A model generated the notes under the pieces. That model saw nothing but the letters and a program-made list of their open reading frames with translations, was not told the origin of the DNA and did no database searches. Position numbers and translations under genes: made by a program. 64,000 nt of DNA from Nannocystis sp. SCPEA4 (GTDB lineage: Bacteria; Myxococcota_A; Polyangia; Nannocystales; Nannocystaceae). Below are positions 19,542 to 28,530 of the stretch, piece by piece (the stretch's first letter is position 1; the number at the start of each line of letters is the position of its first letter). Location: contig NZ_JAPNJX010000001.1 in NCBI RefSeq assembly GCF_026626685.1, positions 140,752 through 204,751 on the forward strand, written 5' to 3'.

Positions 19542-21374
19542 ATGCTCACTCGCCCTGGTCGTCTCGCCGCGCTCGCCCTCGTGCTCGCGTGCACGCCCGT
19601 CAGTCCACCGACGCCCGAGTCGACGCCGACGCCGGCGGAGCGACCGGCACCGGCGGCCATCGTGGCGCCGGGGCACATCGACGGCGGCCTGATCTACCTC
19701 GACCTGCGCGCACGCACACTGCCAGCGCTGTGGCGTTCGCCGGCGCTGCGCATGGCGGCGGGCGGGTTCATCGCCGAGTTGAGCGCGGCCGTCGGCGTCG
19801 ACCTGCGCGAGGTGGATCCGGTCACCGCGCTCGGCCTCGATCCGGAGGGCACGATCACGGCCACCCTCATGCGGCCGATCGGCCCCCTCGCCGCCGTCCG
19901 TATGGGCGTTCAGGGACTCGCGGTGCCCGACCCCGCCGGCGATCTCGACTTCGTCGCCACCCCGTTCGGTGGCCCCCCGCCGCCCCCGCTCCCCGACGAC
20001 CTGGTCCGAGAGGCAGGTTCGCTGTACGCCCACGCCCGCGTCCACTTCCCCGCGCAGGAGCCCGAGAAGCTGCTCCACACATTCCGCGCGCCGCACGACG
20101 CCACCGGCCTGTGCGCCCTGCTACCGCCGCAGGACGTCTGCTCCGCCTCGAACACCGGCATAGGTCTGATGCGCCGCCAGGGCGACGCCGTCGTCGCCGA
20201 CCTGTTCATCTCGGCGTACCCCGAACTCGGCGCACTCACCGACCCGACGCGCGTCGCGGCGATCACCTCCGCCCTTGCGACCACGCCCGCCGAGCTCCCC
20301 GGAGACAGCGCGGTCGCAGGCGACCTCGCGCTGTACATCCACGGGCCGGCCGTGCCGGCGCTCGTCGACTTCGGCGTGCACGCCTTCCTGGTGAACCGCC
20401 TGCGCGAGACTCACCCCGCCGCGCGTCTGCGCCAGATCCAGCACTCGCTCGGCATGCGCGACGCGGCGCTCCGGCTCCGCGACACCCGCCGGCTGCTCTC
20501 CGGCCTGCGCGTGACGGTCGCGCTCGAACCGGATGTCCGTATCGACCTGTCCTGGGAGCCAGTCGACGACGAAGCCGCGCGCACGGTCGAGCGGCTGTTC
20601 GCCCGCCCGGCCGTCGCAGGTCTGCCGGCCCCGCCCGTGGCCGCCCTGTGCCACGAGGCGCTCGCCTGCGGCCGCCTGGCCCGGCTGCCCGCGCTCGCCG
20701 GCTTCGGTCCGCTCGCGGTCGGCGAATACACCGACCAGGGCGCCCTCGACCGCCTCACTGTCGACGCCGGCTGGCCCCTCGCCGCCTCCGTGTTCGTGCT
20801 CGAGACCTGGCCCAACCTGATCGCGTCGCTGTCCCGCTGGCACGAGCGGCCCGACGCGGGACCCGACGCCGCGGCGATCCACGACGTCCTGGGCCTGGCG
20901 GAGCGCATCGACAGCGCAGGGTTCCGCCTGTCTCGCGCAAATGACCCGAGCCTCGCCTACGCGCGCCTGGGAGCCGACGAGCTCGCGCTCGTCCGCGCGC
21001 TCGCGCCGCTCAACGGCCTCACCCTCGCCGATTCGCCGATCGCCGAGCTGCCGCACACGATCTCCGCCGGATCGATCGCGGGTGTCACCGCGTCCCTCGC
21101 CACCGATCCCGGCGCGCAGGCAGGCTGGCTCGTCGTCGCCCAGGACGGCGCGGCCGTGCGCTGGCTGCTCGCCGACGTCGCCCACGAGCCCGTCTCCGGG
21201 CCGACGCTGCACCTCGCCAGCGACGACCTCGGGCAGCTCGCGAACACTCTGGGGCTGTCGGGCCGGGAATTCTTGCAGCCCTTGCTGGCGGGGCGCAGCC
21301 TTCGGCTCCAGACCAATATCACCGCCGGTCGCCCGCGCCTCGAGCTCTCGCTCGGCTCGCGCGCCGGCGATTGA
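19542..21374 (+). CDS. Large lipoprotein, paralog of the partial CDS 1..1420
   Basis: Start MLTRPGRLAALALVLACTPVSPP (lipobox LAC), M55 of track ORF 19380..21374. Collinear similarity to the first CDS of the window. Confidence 0.7.
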   Translation: MLTRPGRLAALALVLACTPVSPPTPESTPTPAERPAPAAIVAPGHIDGGLIYLDLRARTLPALWRSPALRMAAGGFIAELSAAVGVDLREVDPVTALGLDPEGTITATLMRPIGPLAAVRMGVQGLAVPDPAGDLDFVATPFGGPPPPPLPDDLVREAGSLYAHARVHFPAQEPEKLLHTFRAPHDATGLCALLPPQDVCSASNTGIGLMRRQGDAVVADLFISAYPELGALTDPTRVAAITSALATTPAELPGDSAVAGDLALYIHGPAVPALVDFGVHAFLVNRLRETHPAARLRQIQHSLGMRDAALRLRDTRRLLSGLRVTVALEPDVRIDLSWEPVDDEAARTVERLFARPAVAGLPAPPVAALCHEALACGRLARLPALAGFGPLAVGEYTDQGALDRLTVDAGWPLAASVFVLETWPNLIASLSRWHERPDAGPDAAAIHDVLGLAERIDSAGFRLSRANDPSLAYARLGADELALVRALAPLNGLTLADSPIAELPHTISAGSIAGVTASLATDPGAQAGWLVVAQDGAAVRWLLADVAHEPVSGPTLHLASDDLGQLANTLGLSGREFLQPLLAGRSLRLQTNITAGRPRLELSLGSRAGD

Positions 21375-21474
21375 GAAAGCGCGCCGATCAGGACGCCCTG
21401 GGCTCCGGCTCCGACATGGATGTTCCACGGGACAGGTTGCGAAAGCGCCGACACGGACGCAAAGCCGTGTCACG

Positions 21475-21930
21475 ATGCCGGACATGAGCGAAGAGCAGTG
21501 GGCGAAGATGCCGCGGGTGCTCCTCTATTCGATCATCGGCCCGCACCTGGTGATCCAGTGGAAGAGCGGGGTGGTCTATCAGAATCAGGCCTGCGGGACG
21601 GCGTGCGCGCAGCCGGAGATGGAGGGGATCCTCGCGCCGCTCGACCTCGACGAGGCGGTGGCCGAGGAGCTCGAGCGCGTGATGACCGAGTGCCATACGC
21701 TCACCGAGGCGCTCGCCGACCAGATCGATGCCCTGCTCCGACGCGGACGGGCGCCCTTCGTCTCCGTCGACCGCGAGCGACTGCACGACTCGTTCGAGGC
21801 GTGGGTGTTCGTGAGGATCGGCGCGATCCCGTGGGAGCTGCGATACGACGAGTGGCCGCGCGAATACACCGGCGAGCTGTTCGGCTTCACCGGCCGGAGG
21901 GCGGTGTTGACCTGGCCGAACAGCGATTGA
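21475..21930 (+). CDS. Hypothetical cytoplasmic protein
   Basis: In-frame Met MPDMSEEQWAKMPRVLLYSIIGPHLVIQWK... within track ORF 20941..21930. 151 aa, balanced composition. Confidence 0.5.
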   Translation: MPDMSEEQWAKMPRVLLYSIIGPHLVIQWKSGVVYQNQACGTACAQPEMEGILAPLDLDEAVAEELERVMTECHTLTEALADQIDALLRRGRAPFVSVDRERLHDSFEAWVFVRIGAIPWELRYDEWPREYTGELFGFTGRRAVLTWPNSD

Positions 21931-21991
21931 CCCGCAACCGGGGCGCTCATCGCGGCCCGGGTCGAGAATCAATGCGCTCGCCACACCTCGA

Positions 21992-23602
21992 TCACCCGAC
22001 CGCCGCGGCGCGCAGCAGGTCGGCCGCACGCCAGCCGATCATCATGCTCGGGGCGTTGAGCGCCGACACCGGCACCTCGGGGATGACCGACGCGTCGGCG
22101 ACCCGCAGGTTCTCGATCCCGCGCACGCGCAGCTGCGGGTCGACCACGCTCCCGGGAACCTGTCCCATGCGACATGTCCCGGCGAAGTGGTAGGTCGTCA
22201 TCGCCATGCGGCGCACGAACGCGGCGATCGCCGCGTCGGAGCGGACGAACGAGCCCGGCAGCACCTCCGGGCCGCCCCACGGCTGCAGCCCCTGGCCGGC
22301 GGCGATCCGGCGGGCCAGGCGGACGCCGGCGATCATCACCTGCATGTCCTCGGGGTCGGCGAAGTAGGCCGGGTCGATGGCCGCGTGCGCGCGCGGATCG
22401 GCGGCCGCCAGGCGCACGGTGCCGCGGCTCTTCGGCTTGCCGAGGATGACCACCACCCCGTAGACCCGCTCGACCGCGCGGCGGACGAAACCTGGCCGAA
22501 AGGCCATACCCACGCCGGCCTTGACCACACGCGGCAGCGCGGTGCGCTGATACAGCGCCGGCGGCACCGTCAGCGCCGGGACCATGCGCATCGTCGCCTC
22601 GCGGAACGACGAGCGCGCCGGGTAGAACACATAGCAGGTGTCGGCCTGGTCGGGTGGCAGGTCGCTGTCGGGCAGCGCGCGGTGGAACCCGTACAGCTGC
22701 GGGTAGTTGCAGTCGACCGCGCGCTTGCCGAAGTAGAACAGCTGGACGTTCGGGTGGTCGTGCAGATTCTCGCCGACGCCCGGCAGGTCGAACAGCGGCT
22801 CGACCCCGTGCTGGCGCAGCACGTCGCGCGGGCCGACCCCGGACAGCATGAGCAGCTTCGGCGACTCGAGCGCCCCGGCGCACAGCACCGCCTCGCGCCG
22901 GACCCGGGCCGTGCGCCGCTGCCCGCCCTCCTCGTACTCGACCGCGACCACCCGGCGGCGGTCGTCGAGCACCAGCCGGTGCGCGTGCGCACCTGTCCGT
23001 ACGACCAGGTTGATGCGATCGAGGTGCGGCTGCACGAACGCGACGTAGGCGCTGCGCCGCTGCTCGCCGCGGTAGTTCATCGCCTCGTAGCCGAGCGCCC
23101 CGAGCAGCGCCCCGTTGTCGAGGTCGCGCTCGCGGTGGAAGCCGGCCTCCTCGGCGCTATGGATGCACGCCTCGGTGAACTCGGTCGGCTCGCGCGGGCG
23201 CACGTCGAGCACCCGCTCGAGCTGCTCGTAGACCGGCACGACGTCCGACCAGCCCCAGCCCGGCACTTCCCACGCGCGGAAGTCGGCCTCGGACCCGCGC
23301 AGGTACACCATCGCGTTGATCGAGCCGCTGCCGCCCATCCCGCGGCCCGAGCCGAGCCACAACGGGCGGCCGCCGCAGCCCCGTTGCTTGACGCTGAAGC
23401 GGTGGTGCAGCAGCGCGTCGTTGACGAACGCGTCCTTGTAGCCGTCGGCCCGCAGCGTCTCGGGGTGCCGCTCGGCCCGGTCGCCGGTCTCGAGCAGCAG
23501 CACCCGCACGGAAGGATCTTCGGACAGCCGCCCGGCCAGCACGCAGCCGGCCGAGCCGCCGCCGAGGATGACGTAGTCGAACGCGTCGGGATCGAAGGTC
23601 AT
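21992..23602 (-). CDS. GMC-family FAD-dependent oxidoreductase (choline dehydrogenase-like)
   Basis: N-terminal FAD-binding fold DYVILGGGSAGCVLAGRLSED. GMC signature GGSGSINAMVYLRG. C-terminal active-site His region HFAGTCRMG. 536 aa. Confidence 0.9.
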   Translation of the reverse strand: MTFDPDAFDYVILGGGSAGCVLAGRLSEDPSVRVLLLETGDRAERHPETLRADGYKDAFVNDALLHHRFSVKQRGCGGRPLWLGSGRGMGGSGSINAMVYLRGSEADFRAWEVPGWGWSDVVPVYEQLERVLDVRPREPTEFTEACIHSAEEAGFHRERDLDNGALLGALGYEAMNYRGEQRRSAYVAFVQPHLDRINLVVRTGAHAHRLVLDDRRRVVAVEYEEGGQRRTARVRREAVLCAGALESPKLLMLSGVGPRDVLRQHGVEPLFDLPGVGENLHDHPNVQLFYFGKRAVDCNYPQLYGFHRALPDSDLPPDQADTCYVFYPARSSFREATMRMVPALTVPPALYQRTALPRVVKAGVGMAFRPGFVRRAVERVYGVVVILGKPKSRGTVRLAAADPRAHAAIDPAYFADPEDMQVMIAGVRLARRIAAGQGLQPWGGPEVLPGSFVRSDAAIAAFVRRMAMTTYHFAGTCRMGQVPGSVVDPQLRVRGIENLRVADASVIPEVPVSALNAPSMMIGWRAADLLRAAAVG

Positions 23603-23694
23603 GCGCGCGCGGACTCTATCACGCGCCCACCCCGGCCCCGCAGCGCCCGCGGCGGACGTTGCGCCGCGTCACAGCCCGCAGCTCGCGCGCGATC

Positions 23695-24207
23695 TCAGAG
23701 ATCGCGGAACGACAGCGGCGCGAGGAAGTCGGGCTTGCCGACGTCGACCCCGTTGTGGCGCAGGATCGAGTACGCCGTCACCGCGTGGAAGTAGAAGTTC
23801 GGCAGCGCGAACTGCTGCACGAAGTCCGGCGCCGCCAGGCCCTTGCCCGGCATGAACGGCAGCGGGATCACCCGCTCCGCCGCGTCGTCGAACTCGGACG
23901 AGCGCAGCGGGGCCAGCCGCTCGCGCGTCGACTGCACCGCCGCGCGGATCGCCGCGACCGTCGGCTCGATCTCGACGATGTCCGGCGGCGCCTGCCCGCG
24001 CAGCAGGTTGGCCAGCCGCAGCGGCGTGGCCACGATCTGCTGGACCTGCCGCGTGAAGTGCCACTGGTCGGGCGACAGGCGGGCGGTGAGCAGCACGTTG
24101 ACGTCGAACTTGCGCGCGTCGGCGTGCGCCTGGGCCTTGTCGAGCCACACGAGGACCTGCCCCACGCTGCGACTCATGTGCGGGATCGAGATGTCGAAGA
24201 GATTCAT
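23695..24207 (-). CDS. DUF1993 domain protein
   Basis: Start MNLFDISIPHMSRSVGQVLVWLDKAQ (M27 of track ORF) with GGAGCA SD. 170 aa. Same strand as, and upstream of, the GMC oxidoreductase. Confidence 0.75.
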   Translation of the reverse strand: MNLFDISIPHMSRSVGQVLVWLDKAQAHADARKFDVNVLLTARLSPDQWHFTRQVQQIVATPLRLANLLRGQAPPDIVEIEPTVAAIRAAVQSTRERLAPLRSSEFDDAAERVIPLPFMPGKGLAAPDFVQQFALPNFYFHAVTAYSILRHNGVDVGKPDFLAPLSFRDL

Positions 24208-24469
24208 CCGGGTGCTCCGGCCGCGGATGGTACCCCCGTTCATCGCGCAGGGCGACGCGCGGGCCGCTGCACGGCTCGCGTGCACGCAGGGCCGCGCCGT
24301 CGCAGCCGCCTCCCCGCGCCCAGGTTCCGCCCCGCGCAGCGCGCGGCGCCCTCGACGAGCGCGATCCCGGGGTGGCCCGACGCCGAGCGGCTTGACCCCG
24401 CCGCCGCGACCATGCTCGCGCGGCCGAGCACCGCGTAGCCCGGCCGCGCTCGCGCAGCGGGAAGCGGCA

Positions 24470-24545
24470 CGCCCTCATGAACATGCCTCATGAACATGTC
24501 CTTTAGAACATTATCTCAAGGACATGGCCTTTCGGACGCCCCCTC
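24470..24545. repeat. Array A of 14-bp-periodic palindromic repeats (units tcatgaACATGcc / tcatgaACATGtcc / tttagaACATTatc / tcaaggACATGgcc / tttcggACGCCccc)
   Basis: CATG/CATT cores at 24482, 24496, 24509, 24523. Divergent intergenic region between DUF1993 (-) and the RCC1 lipoprotein (+). Confidence 0.7.
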
Positions 24546-24660
24546 CGCGATGGGGCTCGTCGCTCGCCAGCGCGCACGAGCTCGGCCGGGACGGCGTGGC
24601 AACGTGAGCTCGAAGACCGAGGGCGCGCAAACGAGCGCCGAACCATGGCTCACTTCAAAC

Positions 24661-26262
24661 ATGAAGCGCGGACTCATCAGCGTGTTGTGCTTGCTCGCGT
24701 GTCAGGGCGGCCAGGAGACCACCGCGACGAGCGGCACCACGACGGCGACGACCTCCGGGGCGACGGACACGTCGACCACCACGAGCGCCACGGAGACCGC
24801 CGGGCCGGTACCGACCGGCACGAGCAGCCAGACCACAGACACGACCGCGCCCGGGACCACGGACAGCAGCACCTCCGGACCCCCGACCACCGGCACCACC
24901 GACCCGGCGATGACCGGCACGACGAGCGTCGGCGAATCGACGACCAGCACCGGATCGACCACGCTCGACCTCGAGACCACCGGCACCACCACCACCGGAC
25001 CCGACAGCTGCGGCGACGGCATCGTCGATGCCGACGAGCTCTGCGACGACGGCAACGCGACGCCGCACGACGGCTGCGAGGACGATTGCAGGCCGACCCT
25101 GCTCGATGTCCAGGGCGGCCTGGTGCACACGTGCGTGCTGTTCGGCAGCGGGGCCGTCAAGTGTTGGGGCGGAAACCCGTCCGGTGAGCTCGGCTACGGT
25201 CACACCGATGCCCTCGGCGACGAACCCGGCGAGCTGCCGACTCCCGATCTCGACCTCGGCGGCAAGGTGGTCGAGCTCGCCGCCGGCGACGCGCACACCT
25301 GCGTACGCCTGGACGACGGCGCCGTGCGCTGCTGGGGCGAGAATACCTACGGCCAGCTCGGCTATGGTCATACCGATCCCGTCGGCGGTGCACCCGGGCA
25401 AATGCCGCCACCCGACGTTCAGCTGGGCGGACCCGCCGTCGCGCTGAGCGCGGGGCTGCGACACACGTGCGCCCTGCTCGCCACCGGTGATGTGCGCTGC
25501 TGGGGCTGGAATTACTACGGCCAGCTCGGGCTCGGCCATACCGAGGACATCGGCGACGAACCCGGCGAGATGCCGCCTCCGCCCGCGCCGATCGGCGACG
25601 ACATCGAGAGCATCAGCTCCGGCTGGCACTTCAACTGCGTCACGCGGGCGGGCGGCGAGGTTCGCTGCTGGGGCAGCGATTTCGACGGCAGCCTCGGCGA
25701 CGCCGACGGCGTTGTCGACTCCCGCGGGGACGAGCCCGGCGAGCTTCCCACGCCGCCGGTGCTGGTCGGCGCACCCGTCGCCCTGCTCAGCGGCGGCCAC
25801 AGCACGGTGTGCACATTGCTGACGGACGGCGCGGTCCGGTGCTGGGGTAACGGCGAATACGGGGCGCTCGGCGCCGGGAACACCGAGGATCGCGGCCACG
25901 ATCCCGGTGACATGCCGCCGCCGGCCGTCGACCTCGACGGAGTCGGAGTTCAGCTGGTGACCCGATTCCTGCGCACCTGCGTGCGCATGGACACCGGCAA
26001 GCTCCGGTGCTGGGGCGACGCGAACGCGAACGGTGCCGCCGACCACATCGGCGACGAGCCGGGCGAGATGCCGCCGCCCGACGTCCCTCTGCCGGGATCG
26101 GTCCTGCGGGTCGGCGGAGGCCACGGTCACATGTGCGCGATCATGGTCGACGGCAACCTTCGCTGCTGGGGATACGGCATCGACGGCCAGCTCGGCCTCG
26201 GCGAGAAACAATCGGTCTATTATGATGAACTCGCCGACAAGCCGCCGATCCCGCTGTTCTGA
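24661..26262 (+). CDS. RCC1-repeat (beta-propeller) lipoprotein with N-terminal Myxococcus cysteine-rich repeat
   Basis: Signal MKRGLISVLCLLACQGG (lipobox). Thr-rich linker. DSCGDGIVDADELCDDGNATPHDGCEDDCR Cys-rich repeat. Seven RCC1-like blades (HTC.L...G.V.CWG.N..GQLG.G). Confidence 0.85.
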   Translation: MKRGLISVLCLLACQGGQETTATSGTTTATTSGATDTSTTTSATETAGPVPTGTSSQTTDTTAPGTTDSSTSGPPTTGTTDPAMTGTTSVGESTTSTGSTTLDLETTGTTTTGPDSCGDGIVDADELCDDGNATPHDGCEDDCRPTLLDVQGGLVHTCVLFGSGAVKCWGGNPSGELGYGHTDALGDEPGELPTPDLDLGGKVVELAAGDAHTCVRLDDGAVRCWGENTYGQLGYGHTDPVGGAPGQMPPPDVQLGGPAVALSAGLRHTCALLATGDVRCWGWNYYGQLGLGHTEDIGDEPGEMPPPPAPIGDDIESISSGWHFNCVTRAGGEVRCWGSDFDGSLGDADGVVDSRGDEPGELPTPPVLVGAPVALLSGGHSTVCTLLTDGAVRCWGNGEYGALGAGNTEDRGHDPGDMPPPAVDLDGVGVQLVTRFLRTCVRMDTGKLRCWGDANANGAADHIGDEPGEMPPPDVPLPGSVLRVGGGHGHMCAIMVDGNLRCWGYGIDGQLGLGEKQSVYYDELADKPPIPLF

Positions 26263-26445
26263 GCGCAGCCGGGTCCACACACGATCGTCGGCGCACCCGC
26301 CTGGTCGCGCGCTTCAGGTGAGGCACCGAGACGAACACGACGCCCCGAGGCGTGTCTTGCACCATGCGACTCGCCCCGCCCACGCCCGACACTTTCTCTC
26401 TCGCAGCGCACCCCAGCAGTCGCCGCGTGATACGCTCGCTCCGCT

Positions 26446-26916
26446 ATGAGCACGGCGATCGCGGGCGCGGTGCCGATAGCCGTCCACGTCCTCGGCGGCG
26501 GCGTGTGGATCGGCGCCATGGTGTTCAGCGTGTTCATCCTCCACCCGCGCGCCGAGCGGTTCTTCACCCGCGCCACCGAGTTCGAGGACTTCATCTTCAG
26601 CGTCGTCCACGGCGCCCGCTACAAGGTCCTCGCCGGCATCGCCGCGATCGTCGCCAGCGGCGTCGCCCTCGCCCTCGCGCACCGGGGCACCGCCGCCCCG
26701 TGGTCGTGGCTGGTCGCCGTCAAGGTCGCGCTGCTGCTGATCTCGCTGGCGCTGTTCCTCCACGTCAGCTTCACGCTGTGGCCGCGCCGCGTGTTCGCCC
26801 GCGAGGACGAGCTACCGGCGGTGCGCCGGCGCTTCTGGTGGATCGGCGTCGTCATGATCGTCTGCAACACCGCCAACATGGGCCTCGGCGTGCTCGCCCG
26901 GGTCTTGCGCGGCTAG
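26446..26916 (+). CDS. Integral membrane protein (4 TM, hypothetical)
   Basis: MSTAIAGAVPIAVHVLGGGVWIGAMVFSVFILHP...; hydrophobic segments with Trp/His, 156 aa. Confidence 0.6.
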   Translation: MSTAIAGAVPIAVHVLGGGVWIGAMVFSVFILHPRAERFFTRATEFEDFIFSVVHGARYKVLAGIAAIVASGVALALAHRGTAAPWSWLVAVKVALLLISLALFLHVSFTLWPRRVFAREDELPAVRRRFWWIGVVMIVCNTANMGLGVLARVLRG

Positions 26917-26926
26917 GAGCCCCGTG

Positions 26927-27420
26927 CCACCAGCGAGCGCCGGACTCGCAGCATGTTCGTCGCCCAGCCCATCGTCGCGCCACCAGCGAGCCCCGGACTC
27001 GCAGCATGTCGTCGCCCAGCCCATCGTCGCGCCACCAGCGAGCTTCGGACTCACAGCATATTCGTCGCCCAGCCATCGTCGCGCCACCAGCGAGCGCCGG
27101 ACTCGCAGCATGTTCGTCGCCCAGCTCTTCGTCGCGTCACCAGCGAGCCCCGGACCGCAGCATGTTCGTCGCCCAGCACATCGTCGCGTCACCAGCGAGC
27201 CCCGGGTTCGCAGCATGTTCGCCGCGCTGTCCATCGTCGCGTCACCAGCGAGCCCCGGACTCGCAGCATGTTCGCCGCCCAGCCCATCGTCGTGTCACCA
27301 GCGAGCCCCGGGTTCGCAGCATGTTCGCCGCGCTGTCCATCGTCGCGTCACCAGCGAGCCCCGGACTCGCAGCATGTTCGCCGCCCAGCACATCGTCGCG
27401 TCACCAGCGAGCGCCGGATA
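26927..27420. repeat. 53-bp tandem minisatellite, about 9.3 copies (unit ~ (c/t)caccagcgagccccggactcgcagcatgttcg(t/c)cgcccagcccatcgtcgcg)
   Basis: Unit boundaries at 26927, 26980, 27032, 27084, 27137, 27189, 27242, 27295, 27348, 27401. Units are 52 or 53 bp, ~90% identical. Every second unit of units 6 to 9 is identical, giving a higher-order structure. The period is not a multiple of 3 and frames rotate, so it is noncoding. Confidence 0.85.
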
Positions 27421-27554
27421 GGACGCCCAGAGGTCCGTCCGAGGGATGGCCGGCCCCGGCCGTCCCTCGGGCGGAATGCACCTGTGCGAAGAGACAGCCG
27501 CCATCGAAGCCCGCGACCGGCGCTCGGGCCACCCACGAGTGGGCCGTGCCTGCG

Positions 27555-27648
27555 GTCGGGGATGCGGTCCTCCGCCCATCCGCAGCGAGATGGGCCCGAC
27601 GCAGGAGGGTCCATCCGCGAGGACTGGGCGGAGGACCGCATCCCCGAC
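27555..27648. repeat. 94-nt element bounded by a perfect 19-bp inverted repeat (GTCGGGGATGCGGTCCTCC ... GGAGGACCGCATCCCCGAC), enclosing the inner hairpin GCCCATC-cgcagcgag-GATGGGC
   Basis: Seen in sequence inside a ~680-nt noncoding gap (27421..28105). Candidate structured ncRNA or MITE-like element. Confidence 0.5.
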
Positions 27649-28105
27649 CGCTCGCGAGGCGCATTCGGCAGTTCGCGAAGCACTCGCGTTCGTGCTGAGC
27701 CCTGCCTCCTCGAGGGCCTGTTCCCCGCGCGACCTGGCGAGCTCTGCTGGACGACGCCTTCATTATTGATGAGTTCGCCAGCCTCGGCGACGGCGCATTC
27801 GACCGCCCGTTCGTCGCCCCGCAAACCGCGATTGCCCCATGGGGGTGACCCCGGACCGCCCCTCCTCCATCTGCCACCACGCGTGCTCGCGGCGTTCCCC
27901 GTACCTCGATTCCACGAAATGCGATTCACGGCGGACGACGCGCGGCCCAATTATCAGGGTTTTGCGAAATCAGCGCAGATGTGATTCCTGCCGTGCGCGG
28001 CCATCATTGTCGCCCACGGCCCCCAATCGTCGAATGTGCGATGATTTTGCTTTACCTCGAGTCGGCGGAAGGGTTACCTGATTGCAACCTCCCCGAAAGG
28101 ACAAC

Positions 28106-28405
28106 ATGCGCATTTCGAAGCACAACATCGTCGCTGCGATCACGACGCTGATCATGGCCGTCTCGGGAACCTCGCTGATGAGCGGCTGCAACAAGCAGCA
28201 GACCGACACCGCGAACCCCGAGCCCGTCGCGGCCGAGCCTGCCGAGCCCGCGCCGGTCGACCCCGCCGCCGAGAACCCGCCGCCGGCCGAGCCCGCCGCC
28301 GAGACCCCGGCCGATCCGGCCGCTGCCGCCACCCCGCCGGCCGAGGCCGCCCCGCCGGCCGAGGCTCCGGCGAGCACCACGCCGGCGCCGCCCGCTCCCA
28401 AGTGA
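28106..28405 (+). CDS. Small Pro/Ala/Glu-rich lipoprotein
   Basis: AAGGA SD 5 nt before the ATG. Signal MRISKHNIVAAITTLIMAVSGTSLMSGC (lipobox), low-GC signal region, then a PAEP-rich tail. 99 aa. Confidence 0.6.
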   Translation: MRISKHNIVAAITTLIMAVSGTSLMSGCNKQQTDTANPEPVAAEPAEPAPVDPAAENPPPAEPAAETPADPAAAATPPAEAAPPAEAPASTTPAPPAPK

Positions 28406-28432
28406 GTCGGGCGCGGCGCGAGGGGCTGTCGC

Positions 28433-28530
28433 TCGCGACATGTCCTTCGCGCCATGCGTACATTCCACCCTGGCTGAATGGACGGAAGCAGGGACATGGC
28501 CTTCGGGCCATGTCCCTTTTTACATGCGAC
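28433..28530. repeat. Array B of 14-bp-periodic palindromic repeats (7 units), includes the perfect hairpin GGGACATGGCC-TTCG-GGCCATGTCCC (28491..28516)
   Basis: CATG cores at 28439, 28453, 28495, 28509, 28523 (two degenerate units in between). Fills the whole convergent intergenic region. The last unit supplies the ATG-TAA end of the minus-strand kinase. Confidence 0.75.

Noticed and set aside
21410-21475. Possible further degenerate 14-bp-period array (GACATGGA / CCACGG / GACACGGA) upstream of CDS 21475 and similar traces at 1484..1545 and 3247..3275
   Set aside because: Only one or two cores in register and heavy degeneracy, indistinguishable from chance. Mentioned for completeness.
24490-24560. 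ORF starts MNMSFRTLSQGHGLSD (24490), MSFAPCVHST... (28440..28676) and MADALRSRTCSEMHALSDMS (40876) that look like conserved small peptides
   Set aside because: The apparent peptide similarity is produced by translating the 14-bp repeat units (CATG gives Met, TCC/TTC/CGG codons). No SD, and frames drift with the 14-nt period.
24655-26280. 541-aa minus-strand ORF opposite the RCC1 lipoprotein
   Set aside because: Antisense artefact; the RCC1 blades are unambiguous on the plus strand.
26927-27420. CRISPR array
   Set aside because: The whole 53-bp unit repeats, with no unique spacers between conserved repeats, and no cas genes nearby. It is a minisatellite.
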